From NCBI RefSeq assembly GCF_032191835.1, contig NC_083227.1, positions 26,908,001-26,972,000 of the forward strand: 64,000 nt of DNA. Reading direction: 5' to 3'. Each line of letters begins with the position of its first letter. The first letter of the stretch is position 1. The position numbers and the translations under genes are program-made. Source of the stretch: Heteronotia binoei. Its lineage: Eukaryota. Shown here piece after piece: positions 48,290 through 58,860 of this stretch. The notes under the pieces are model-generated. The model made no database searches and had not been told where the DNA came from. It was given only the letters and a program-made list of their open reading frames with translations.

Positions 48290-51200
48290 AACATTTGCCT
48301 CAGAGCTGACTTCCACCAGTCTCTTGCTTCAAAGCCTGCCTGCCTTCCACCCCAATCCCTTGCCTCAGAGTCTGACTTCCACCCCAATCCCTTGCCTCAG
48401 AGTCTGACTTCCACCCCAATCCCTTGCCTCAGAGTCTGACTTCCACCCTAATCCCTTGCCTCAGAGCTGACTCCTGCCAGTCTCTTGCCTCGAAGCCTGC
48501 CTTCCACCCCAATCCCTTGCCTCAGAGTCTGACTTCCACCCCAATCCCTTGCCTCAGAGTCTGACTTCCACCCCAATCCCTTGCCTCAGAGTCTGACTTC
48601 CACCCCAATCCCTTGCCTCAGAGTCTGACTTCCACCCTAATCCCTTGCCTCAGAGCTGACTCCTGCCAGTCTCTTGCCTCGAAGCCTGCCTTCCACCCCA
48701 ATCCCTTGCCTCAGAGTCTGACTTCCACCCCAATCCCTTGCCTCAGAGTCTGACTTCCACCCCAATCCCTTGCCTCAGAGTCTGACTTCCACCCCAATCC
48801 CTTGCCTCAGAGTCTGACTTCCACCCTAATCCCTTGCCTCAGAGCTGACTCCTGCCAGTCTCTTGCCTCGAAGCCTGCCTTCCACCCCAATCCCTTGCCT
48901 CAGAGTCTGACTTCCACCCCAATCCCTTGCCTCAGAGTCTGACTTCCACCCCAATCCCTTGCCTCAGAGTCTGACTTCCACCCTAATCCCTTGCCTCAGA
49001 GCTGACTCCTGCCAGTCTCTTGCCTCGAAGCCTGCCTTCCACCCCAATCCCTTGCCTCAGAGTCTGACTTCCACCCCAATCCCTTGCCTCAGAGTCTGAC
49101 TTCCACCCTAATCCCTTGCCTCAGAGCTGACTCCTGCCAGTCTCTTGCCTCAAAGCCTGCCTTCCACCCCAATCCCTTGCCTCAGAGTCTGACTTCCACC
49201 CTAATCCCTTGCCTCAGAGCTGACTCCTGCCAGTCTCTTGCCTCAAAGCCTGCCTTCCACCCCAATCCCTTGCCTCAGAGTCTGACTTCCACCCTAATCC
49301 CTTGCCTCAGAGCTGACTCCTGCCAGTCTCTTGCCTCAAAGCCTGCCTTCCACCCCAATCCCTTGCCTCAGAGTCTGACTTCCACCCTAATCCCTTGCCT
49401 CAGAGCTGACTCCTGCCAGTCTCTTGCCTCAAAGCCTGCCTTCCACCCCAATCTCTTGCCTCAGAGTCTGACTTCCACCCTAATCCCTTGCCTCAGAGCT
49501 GACTCCTGCCAGTCTCTTGCCTCAAAGCCTGACTTCCACCCCAATCTCTTGCCTCAGAGTCTGACTTCCACCCTAATCCCTTGCCTCAGAGCTGACTCCT
49601 GCCAGTCTCTTGCCTCAAAGCCTGCCTTCCACCCCAATCCCTTGCCTCAGAGTCTGACTTCCACCCTAATCCCTTGCCTCAGAGCTGACTCCTGCCAGTC
49701 TCTTGCCTCAAAGCCTGCCTTCCACCCCAATCCCTTGCCTCAGAGTCTGACTTCCACCCTAATCCCTTGCCTCAGAGCTGACTCCTGCCAGTCTCTTGCC
49801 TCAAAGCCTGCCTTCCACCCCAATCCCTTGCCTCAGAGTCTGACTTCCACCCTAATCCCTTGCCTCAGAGCTGACTCCTGCCAGTCTCTTGCCTCAAAGC
49901 CTGCCTTCCACCCCAATCCCTTGCCTCAGAGTCTGACTTCCACCCTAATCCCTTGCCTCAGAGCTGACTCCTGCCAGTCTCTTGCCTCAAAGCCTGCCTT
50001 CCACCCCAATCCCTTGCCTCAGAGTCTGACTTCCACCCTAATCCCTTGCCTCAGAGCTGACTCCTGCCAGTCTCTTGCCTCAAAGCCTGCCTTCCACCCC
50101 AATCTCTTGCCTCAGAGTCTGACTTCCACCCTAATCCCTTGCCTCAGAGCTGACTCCTGCCAGTCTCTTGCCTCAAAGCCTGACTTCCACCCCAATCTCT
50201 TGCCTCAGAGTCTGACTTCCACCCTAATCCCTTGCCTCAGAGCTGACTCCTGCCAGTCTCTTGCCTCAAAGCCTGCCTTCCACCCCAATCCCTTGCCTCA
50301 GAGTCTGACTTCCACCCTAATCCCTTGCCTCAGAGCTGACTCCTGCCAGTCTCTTGCCTCAAAGCCTGCCTTCCACCCCAATCCCTTGCCTCAGAGTCTG
50401 ACTTCCACCCTAATCCCTTGCCTCAGAGCTGACTCCTGCCAGTCTCTTGCCTCAAAGCCTGCCTTCCACCCCAATCCCTTGCCTCAGAGTCTGACTTCCA
50501 CCCTAATCCCTTGCCTCAGAGCTGACTCCTGCCAGTCTCTTGCCTCAAAGCCTGACTTCCACCCCAATCTCTTGCCTCAGAGTCTGACTTCCACCCTAAT
50601 CCCTTGCCTCAGAGCTGACTCCTGCCAGTCTCTTGCCTCAAAGCCTGACTTCCACCCCAATCTCTTGCCTCAGAGTCTGACTTCCACCCTAATCCCTTGC
50701 CTCAGAGCTGACTCCTGCCAGTCTCTTGCCTCAAAGCCTGCCTTCCACCCCAATCCCTTGCCTCAGAGTCTGACTTCCACCCTAATCCCTTGCCTCAGAG
50801 CTGACTCCTGCCAGTCTCTTGCCTCAAAGCCTGCCTTCCACCCCAATCCCTTGCCTCAGAGTCTGACTTCCACCCTAATCCCTTGCCTCAGAGCTGACTC
50901 CTGCCAGTCTCTTGCCTCAAAGCCTGCCTTCCACCCCAATCCCTTGCCTCAGAGTCTGACTTCCACCCTAATCCCTTGCCTCAGAGCTGACTCCTGCCAG
51001 TCTCTTGCCTCAAAGCCTGACTTCCACCCCAATCTCTTGCCTCAGAGTCTGACTTCCACCCTAATCCCTTGCCTCAGAGCTGACTCCTGCCAGTCTCTTG
51101 CCTCAAAGCCTGCCTTCCACCCCAATCCCTTGCCTCAGAGTCTGACTTCCACCCTAATCCCTTGCCTCAGAGCTGACTCCTGCCAGTCTCTTGCCTCAAA

Positions 51201-52610
51201 GCCTGCCTTCCACCCCAATCCCTTGCCTCAGAGTCTGACTTCCACCCTAATCCCTTGCCTCAGAGCTGACTCCTGCCAGTCTCTTGCCTCAAAGCCTGCC
51301 TTCCACCCCAATCCCTTGCCTCAGAGTCTGACTTCCACCCTAATCCCTTGCCTCAGAGCTGACTCCTGCCAGTCTCTTGCCTCAAAGCCTGCCTTCCACC
51401 CCAATCCCTTGCCTCAGAGTCTGACTTCCACCCTAATCCCTTGCCTCAGAGCTGACTCCTGCCAGTCTCTTGCCTCAAAGCCTGCCTTCCACCCCAATCC
51501 CTTGCCTCAGAGTCTGACTTCCACCCTAATCCCTTGCCTCAGAGCTGACTCCTGCCAGTCTCTTGCCTCAAAGCCTGCCTTCCACCCCAATCCCTTGCCT
51601 CAGAGTCTGACTTCCACCCTAATCCCTTGCCTCAGAGCTGACTCCTGCCAGTCTCTTGCCTCAAAGCCTGCCTTCCACCCCAATCTCTTGCCTCAGAGTC
51701 TGACTTCCACCCTAATCCCTTGCCTCAGAGCTGACTCCTGCCAGTCTCTTGCCTCAAAGCCTGACTTCCACCCCAATCTCTTGCCTCAGAGTCTGACTTC
51801 CACCCTAATCCCTTGCCTCAGAGCTGACTCCTGCCAGTCTCTTGCCTCAAAGCCTGACTTCCACCCCAATCCCTTGCCTCAGAGTCTGACTTCCACCCTA
51901 ATCCCTTGCCTCAGAGCTGACTCCTGCCAGTCTCTTGCCTCAAAGCCTGACTTCCACCCCAATCCCTTGCCTCAGAGTCTGACTTCCACCCTAATCCCTT
52001 GCCTCAGAGCTGACTCCTGCCAGTCTCTTGCCTCAAAGCCTGACTTCCACCCCAATCCCTTGCCTCAGAGTCTGACTTCCACCCTAATCCCTTGCCTCAG
52101 AGCTGACTCCTGCCAGTCTCTTGCCTCAAAGCCTGACTTCCACCCCAATCCCTTGCCTCAGAGTCTGACTTCCACCCTAATCCCTTGCCTCAGAGCTGAC
52201 TCCTGCCAGTCTCTTGCCTCAAAGCCTGACTTCCACCCCAATCCCTTGCCTCAGAGTCTGACTTCCACCCTAATCCCTTGCCTCAGAGTCTGACTTCCAC
52301 CCTAATCCCTTGCCTCAGAGCTGACTCCTGCCAGTCTCTTGCCTCAAAGCCTGACTTCCACCCCAATCCCTTGCCTCAGAGTCTGACTTCCACCCTAATC
52401 CCTTGCCTCAGAGCTGACTCCTGCCAGTCTCTTGCCTCAAAGCCTGACTTCCACCCCAATCCCTTGCCTCAGAGTCTGACTTCCACCCCAGTCCAGACTT
52501 CTATCCCAATCCCTTGCCTCAAGAACCCAACTTCTGCCTCAGAGCTGGCTCCCACCATAGTCTCTTGCCTCAAAGCCTAACTTCTACCCCAACCCCTTGC
52601 CTTAGAGCGG
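48290..52610. repeat. tandem array: 93-bp higher-order unit (32+29+32 bp related monomers), ~35 homogeneous copies plus a monomer-rich left portion
   Basis: the 31-aa periodicity of ORF 49084-52293 equals 93 bp; shared core CTTGCCTC..AG in every subunit. Confidence 0.95.
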
Positions 52611-52711
52611 CGGTCCCTAACCTTTTTTGACACCAGGGATCGGTTTTGTAGAAAACAATTTTTTTATGGACCAGGGTGGGGGGCGATGATACAATTGTGC
52701 AATTTATTTTG

Positions 52712-52978
52712 GTATGGTGGTTAAGTGTACGGACTCTTATCTGGGAGAACCAGGTTTAATTCCCCACTCCACCACTTGCAGCTGCTGGAATGGCCTTGGG
52801 TCAGCCATAGCTCTCACAGAGGTTGTCCTTGAAAGGGCAGCTTCTGGGAGAGCTCTCTCAGCCCACCCACTTCACAGGGTGTCTGTTGTGGGGGAGGAAG
52901 ATAAAGGAGATTGTGAGCCACTCTGAGATTCGGAGTTGGGGGAAGGATAAAAATCTAATGTGTTATTATTATTCCTAC
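52712..52978 (+). mobile_element. Squam3-like SINE
   Basis: consensus head and tail. Confidence 0.8.
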
Positions 52979-52984
52979 TACTAT

Positions 52985-53498
52985 ATTGTCACTTTGTGAC
53001 CAACACTGAAGTTCTCAAGCGGGCGGAGGTTACCAGCATCGAGGCACTGCTGCTGAAGATGCAGCTGCGCTGGGCAGGGCATATTTCTAGGATGGAAAAC
53101 CACCGCCTTCCCAAGATTGCCCTGTATGGCGAACTCTCCACCGGCCATCGAAATAGAGGGGCACCAAAGAAGAGGTACAAGGACTCCTTGAAGAAATCCC
53201 TTGGCACCTGTCGCATCAACCATCACCAGTGGTCTGACCTAGCCTCAGATCGCAAAGCATGGAGGCACACCATCCACCAAGCTGTCTCTTCTTTTGAGAA
53301 CGCACGCATAGCTGGTCTTGAGGACAAAAGGAGATTGAGGAAGAATCGCACTGCTACAGCACCAACCCTGAATCAGACTTTTCCCTGCAGCCACTGTGGC
53401 CGGACCTGCCTGTCCCACATTGGTCTTGTCAGCCACCAGCGAGCCTGCAGCAGACGTGGACTATTGCACCCTTCTTAAATCTTCGTTCGCGAAGCCAA
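52985..53498 (+). mobile_element. RTE-clade LINE 3' end (with C-terminal C2H2/CCHC-like motif)
   Basis: QLRWAGHISRM..RLPKIALYGEL..G.R.RG.PKKRYKD.LK and CSHCGRTCLSHIGLVSHQRAC; tail GAAGCCAA runs into Ns. Confidence 0.85.
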
Positions 53499-53829
53499 NN
53501 NNNNNNNNNNNNNNNNNNNNNNNNNNNNNNNNNNNNNNNNNNNNNNNNNNNNNNNNNNNNNNNNNNNNNNNNNNNNNNNNNNNNNNNNNNNNNNNNNNNN
53601 NNNNNNNNNNNNNNNNNNNNNNNNNNNNNNNNNNNAAGCAGGCTGATGGGAGTATGGTATCTCAATGCAATGACTATACTTTATTAACTATATCTGCACC
53701 AAGTACATTTTATTAACAATAAGGCACATCAACTGGATACAAACATTAGAATTAAACACAACATTGACACTGATGTCAGCAAGAGAAAAGGGGCACCCTG
53801 AATTCTGGATATTTTCCTTTGCCTCTGCG

Positions 53830-54410
53830 TGCCCCTTTGGGCATTACACAGAGCCAGTGATAGGTGAATGATTGCTTACATACATCACATTTATATGTCT
53901 TCTCATCTACCAGCTACTTCATGGTGTGGATTCTCTCATGGACTACAGAACTGTGACTTCCAGTTGAAGCTCTTCCTGCAGTACAAGCACTTGTGGAGTT
54001 TCAGATTGGCATGAGACCTTCCATGCAGATTAAGATGGCTGTTCTGCCTGAAGCCAATCCCACCGTAACATCTGCACTAATTCCATCTGGTGTGTGTGTG
54101 GGGGGGTTCTCTTGCGTGCAACCCACTGTCAACTCTGGCTGAGGGCTTTTGAGCAGTGGGATCATTAATTGGGCTTCTCCCCATGTAGACGGCAAGCTGA
54201 GACCTCTCAATGGTCTTTCCACAGAAAGAACATTCACACAGGCCACTCTCTGGTAGGACTCACTGGTAGCTTGCAAGGGGATCATTGCATCGAAGGCCTT
54301 TCTTGACAAAAAATAAAAGTTCTGTCACATAAAAGGTGGCTCCACGGACTCCAGCTTTACATTTGGCTTCTGCTGCTGTGGGGTTTCATTGACAGCCTTC
54401 TCACTTGCTG
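53830..54410 (-). pseudogene. decayed C2H2 zinc-finger exon of paralog D
   Basis: remnants ECSFCGKTIERSQLAV, HKCLYCRKSFNWKSQ..VVHERIHT and YKCDVCKQSF, broken by frameshifts and stops. Confidence 0.75.
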
Positions 54411-55023
54411 GACAAAAAATGGACGTACCTGTTCATTTCCTACAGTGGCCTTTTTGCCTTCTCTTGGGTTGGTGCTGGTTCAGGGATTCTAGGACCCGCA
54501 TGCGGTGCCTAAGTCAATGCCTGCTGTTAAGTCAGCTGTTCGCCATCAACACAATCCGTTGGGAGGCAGCCTTGAGCCAGGGGTTGTGGAAGGGGGGGAT
54601 GAGTCACAATGAAGATGCCAGGGAGAGCGCAATTTCCCAAAAGATTCGTTCATATCTCACAGGAGTTCCAAAGGGGTGGAGTCACCAAAGGGGTGGGTCT
54701 CAGGATGGGCCAGGTTCTCCCTAAGCAAAAGAAAACTGGCCAAGGAGGATATGCCTGCTCTTACGCCTCAGGTTCAAAGGAACAAGAGAAGGCAAAACTC
54801 CTTGGCCTTAGTCTGAAAAAAGCCCCTTCTGAGGGTCATGGCCCCTGCTGACAAGATCTGCCAGACTCAGGTACATCTTACATCTTAGTATTCAGCTGTT
54901 CCGCAACCCAGGAAAAGACTTCTTGCTTGGTATTTGGGGGCATGCTTTGGGACAATTCCACTCGCAACGGACTTTCTCAGGGACTCTTTCTTTTCACCAT
55001 CATTCCTTTGGCCGGAACCTACA

Positions 55024-55250
55024 TAAGAACATAAGAGAAGCCATGTTGGATCAGGTCAATCCAGTCCAACACTGTGTCACACAGTGGCCAAAAAAATCAG
55101 GTGCCATCAGGAGGTCCACCAGCAGGCCAAGAACTCCAGAAATCCTCCCACTGTTGACCCCCAAGAATACAAAACATTGCTGCCCCTAACAGAGTGTTCC
55201 TATATGTTGTGGCTAATAGTCACTGAGGGACCTCTGCTTCATATGCTTAT
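55024..55250 (-). mobile_element. CR1 3' tail fragment
   Basis: ATAAGAACATAAGAGAAGCC consensus. Confidence 0.75.
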
Positions 55251-57004
55251 GTTTGGTATTTTGAAAACAGGCATGACCAACCACAAAATGGCTGCCATGG
55301 GGCCAATCAGAAAACACTGGGTAGCTCCAACCTCAATGTTCTTTGGTATGGCGAAGAAAGCCATTGGCACCAAGGAACACCATATCGGGTATCATTGGCT
55401 AAGAGGATGAGAGTGAACACAAACACCACCCAAATGGGTAGGGTTGCCCAATCCAATTCAAGAAATATCTGGGGACTTTGGAGGTGGAGCCAGGAGCAAG
55501 GTTGTGACACGCATGACTGAACTCCAAAGGGAGTTCTGGCCATCACATTTAAAGGGACAGCACACCTTTTAAATGCCTTCCCTTCATTGGAAATAATGAA
55601 AAATAGGGGCACCTTCTTTGGGGGCTCATAGAATTGGACCCCCTGGTCCAATCCCTTTGAAACTTGGAGGGTACTTTGAGGAGAGGCACTGGATGCTATG
55701 CTGCAAATTTGGTGCCTATAACTCAAAAAACAGGCCCTCCCAAGCCCCAAATACCAGCAGAACAATTCTTCATTATACCCTATGGCAGGGTTTCCCAAAC
55801 TTTTATTTCCTGTGGCCCGCTTATTTTTACACTTCTCCTTCATGACCCACTAAAATTTGGGGGTACATCCAGGAGACTTTGGGGGTGGAGCTGGGAGACA
55901 GGAATTATGCCATTTCCTGTGGTGTCAAGGGTCAAGTGATGTCACTTCTGGGGCACACTGAACCAAAAAGCCACCTTTTCCTGTGATGTCACTTCCAGAA
56001 TGTCCACAAGTGGAGCCAGGGGACTAGAAGCCCTCCCACTGTTGCTTCCCCCCCTCCCAGCACCAAGAATACAGACAGAGCATCACTTGCAGGGAAAGAA
56101 AGAGGGGGGGGGGGGAAGCCTTCCTCGCCATCAGATGACGTCAGCCAGCAATAATTCTGCCATGGGGTCGTTCGGTTAAAAAAAAAAAATACTGGAATGC
56201 CCACTCCCCGCTGAAAAAAACACACACACCCTTCTTTGCCGCCCAGGCCTCCCGGAGGAATCTCCCCAAAAGAACATACTGAAAGGCACAGGAAAGCTCA
56301 TACCCTGAAGAACACTTCATGGATCTAAAGTGCCAGTGCATGCCAGCTTTACTCTCAAACATTGGGAGGGGAGGAGAAGAAAAGAGAGGCAGCCCAGCTC
56401 CTCTCTGCACAACACAGAGACGGGGGAAGGAAGAAAGCCAGAGCTCAGGCTTTGCAGCCTGTGTCAGTCTTCAAGGCTAGCTTTTCTCTGCACAACAGAG
56501 AGATGGGGGAAGGAAGGAAACAGAGCAAAGGTCATGCTTTGCTGGGGACGGAGCTAGCTTGGCTGGGGACAGGGCTAGCTTTGGCTTTTCTTGTGACCTG
56601 GTAGTGAGGCTTCTGTGGTCCGGTGCCAGGTCACGACCCTGCAAATGGGAAACATTGCCCTATAGGTATCGGTCTTCATAGGGAATAATGGAGTGCCCAG
56701 CAGACATTCTCCCCCCCCCCTGCTTTCTGATGATCCTGAAGCAGGGGGAGGGCCTCCAAACCGGGGAATCCCCTGCCCCCACCTGGGGATTGGCAACCCT
56801 ACAACTGGGGGCCATTTTTAAGGCTGCCAAGATGCTATTGTGGCCAATGTGAAAAGAATCCAAGTCCTTTCTCTTCTGCCTTGTTCCCCAACCAGGCCCT
56901 CCCTCAAACAAAACTGAAACACCAAGAGCAGGGAGAGATCAACCCTTAAGTGCCAAGACCAATTTGCCCTCATCCACTGCATCCTTTTTGCTATCCCTTC
57001 TTAC

Positions 57005-57720
57005 CTATGAAGGAAAACCTCAGCCAGGATCACTGCCTGGGCACAAGTTTCGGGGCTGCGTTCCCTGATCCTCTTCTGGCTGTCAAAGGCAGGATGCTCA
57101 ACAGCTGCTCAAGGAACAGCAGCTCCAAGATTTGGGCTTTCAAACATTTCTCCACCCTCAGTCATTGATGACAAAGTTTCTTGAACTGGCTGTAAGTCTT
57201 TCGTGGCTGCTCGGCCTGCTGGTAGCAGAAACACTAGAAGTGTTGACGCCGCTTCTCTGTCCTCATGGTGTCTTGTCATAAGATGGCCGCCTTCAACTTC
57301 CTGTAGCTCTCCTTGTCTCTGGCCTCCAGCTTGTCAAAGGCAGCTGGGTTTCTCCTCTTGAGGGCCAAAAGGAGTCCAGTCACCCACTCCTCTCTGGGCC
57401 ACTGACAGGCTTTGGCCACTTGCTCGAAGGCCAGAAAGGCCTTGGCATAATCCCACAGAGCAGGCCCCCCTGGCAGCTGTGAGGCACCCCAACCTAACTG
57501 AGGGGACTCCAGTTTCTTCAGGATCTCCTGCCACTGGGTTTTCTAAGTCTAGTACAATTCCACCCTTGACCTCTCATTACTACAGGAATTCCCTGATATT
57601 CCCGGCTTCAACAATGGACACCATGTCTCCTAGTTTGTGTCTGAAGGATTCAAGCACCTGTGTATGTATCTCTCTGTACCAAAGACTGCCCCCATCCCAT
57701 TTCGCAAAAATGTCAATGAA
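57005..57720 (-). pseudogene. extended-SCAN pseudo-exon of paralog D
   Basis: [52 protein letters not shown], with stops at 57276-78, 57234-36 and 57162-64 and a frameshift. Confidence 0.9.
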
Positions 57721-57819
57721 GATGTCCCACTTTAGGAATCATCAGGAAGAACTTATGTTTCAAGAAGTCTCAGATAGTATTGAGCAAAAGCCAAATCCAC
57801 TGGCAAGGTTAACATAAAA

Positions 57820-58270
57820 CAGCATAAGCTTTGAGTTCTCCAGAATTCTTCTACAGAGGCCAGATGCCTGGAACATCCTACATGGCATGAAACGTATTCG
57901 AAAGGGACTGCAAGCTTTCAAGTCCTCCAGAACTTTCCGGCAAGCTGGATGCTTGTTATTAATATTGTTTAATTAAAAAAGCATTTTAGAAGGACAGGAA
58001 TGGAAGCTTTTGAGTCCTCCAGAACTTTTCGGCAGGCTAGATGCCAAAGGGAGAGGAAGTTTAATAGCAAGCATCCAAGCCTGCCAAAATGCTCTGGAGG
58101 AAAGCTTGCAGTCCCGTCCTTCTGAGAGGATTCAGGTCTTCTAAGATGTTTCCAGTCATGTAAGAGGTTTCAGGTTTCCTTCCAAAAGGGGGAGGAGGTT
58201 CAATAACAAGCATCGAGCCTGCCGTAATGTTCCAGAGGACTCAAAAGTTTGCATTCCCTTCCTTCTGAGA
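57820..58270. repeat. foldback-like array: three direct and two inverted degenerate ~60-85-bp units
   Basis: AAGCTTT..GAGTCCTCCAGAAC...GGCAGGCT.GATGC at ~57826, 57912 and 58004; reverse complements at ~58060 and 58200. Confidence 0.75.
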
Positions 58271-58860
58271 TGGAGAACTTTATACCACAATATTTTTAAA
58301 ATATATAAATCTTTATGAACATTTCAATGCAAAACTCAACTGCAAGAGAGCCAGAAGGCACCCCACAAGAGACAAAAGGAAGTCAAACTAATCCAGGGAC
58401 AAGAGATCACAGCAAGCATAGGCCCCCAAATCCAAACATACACTTTCGACACACACAGACACTTCACTCACTCACTCTCTCTCACAAGCACACCATTTCC
58501 CTGCGTCCTAAGAAAAATGAGAAGGAAGAGGGTTTTAAACACACAAGCTCTCCTTTCTCTTGGCAAGCTGAGGCCTATACCATCACTGGCTCAGAAGAGC
58601 CTCAACAGCTTCAGTTGCCCTTTATCTCTGGAACTTCTGGAAGTTGTAGGATTGAAGATCCAGTAACAGAACTTTACCCCATTTCCTTCCCTCAAGAAAG
58701 AAGGACCCAAGAATCAGAAGGGCCACACAACTACTGTACTAATCTAAAACAGAAGGGCGAAAGGAAAGAGACAGAGAGAGAAGGGGGTAGCCTTTCGTCC
58801 CAATCCTGAGAGATTGAACGAGGGCAGCCACAAAGAAGCCTCCATACAAGCCCACACACA

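Noticed and set aside
49084-52293. 1069-aa ORF of 31-aa repeats as a protein-coding gene
   Set aside because: It starts at TTG, the array contains no ATG, and the nearest upstream ATG frame stops at 48309. A 93-bp period keeps any stop-free frame open automatically.
48290-52610. CRISPR-like array
   Set aside because: No unique spacers, no cas genes, eukaryotic context
35597-53635. N runs as hidden biology
   Set aside because: Two lie at the CT-rich centre of the same MITE family and one at an RTE microsatellite tail, so they are probably masked or unresolved simple repeats
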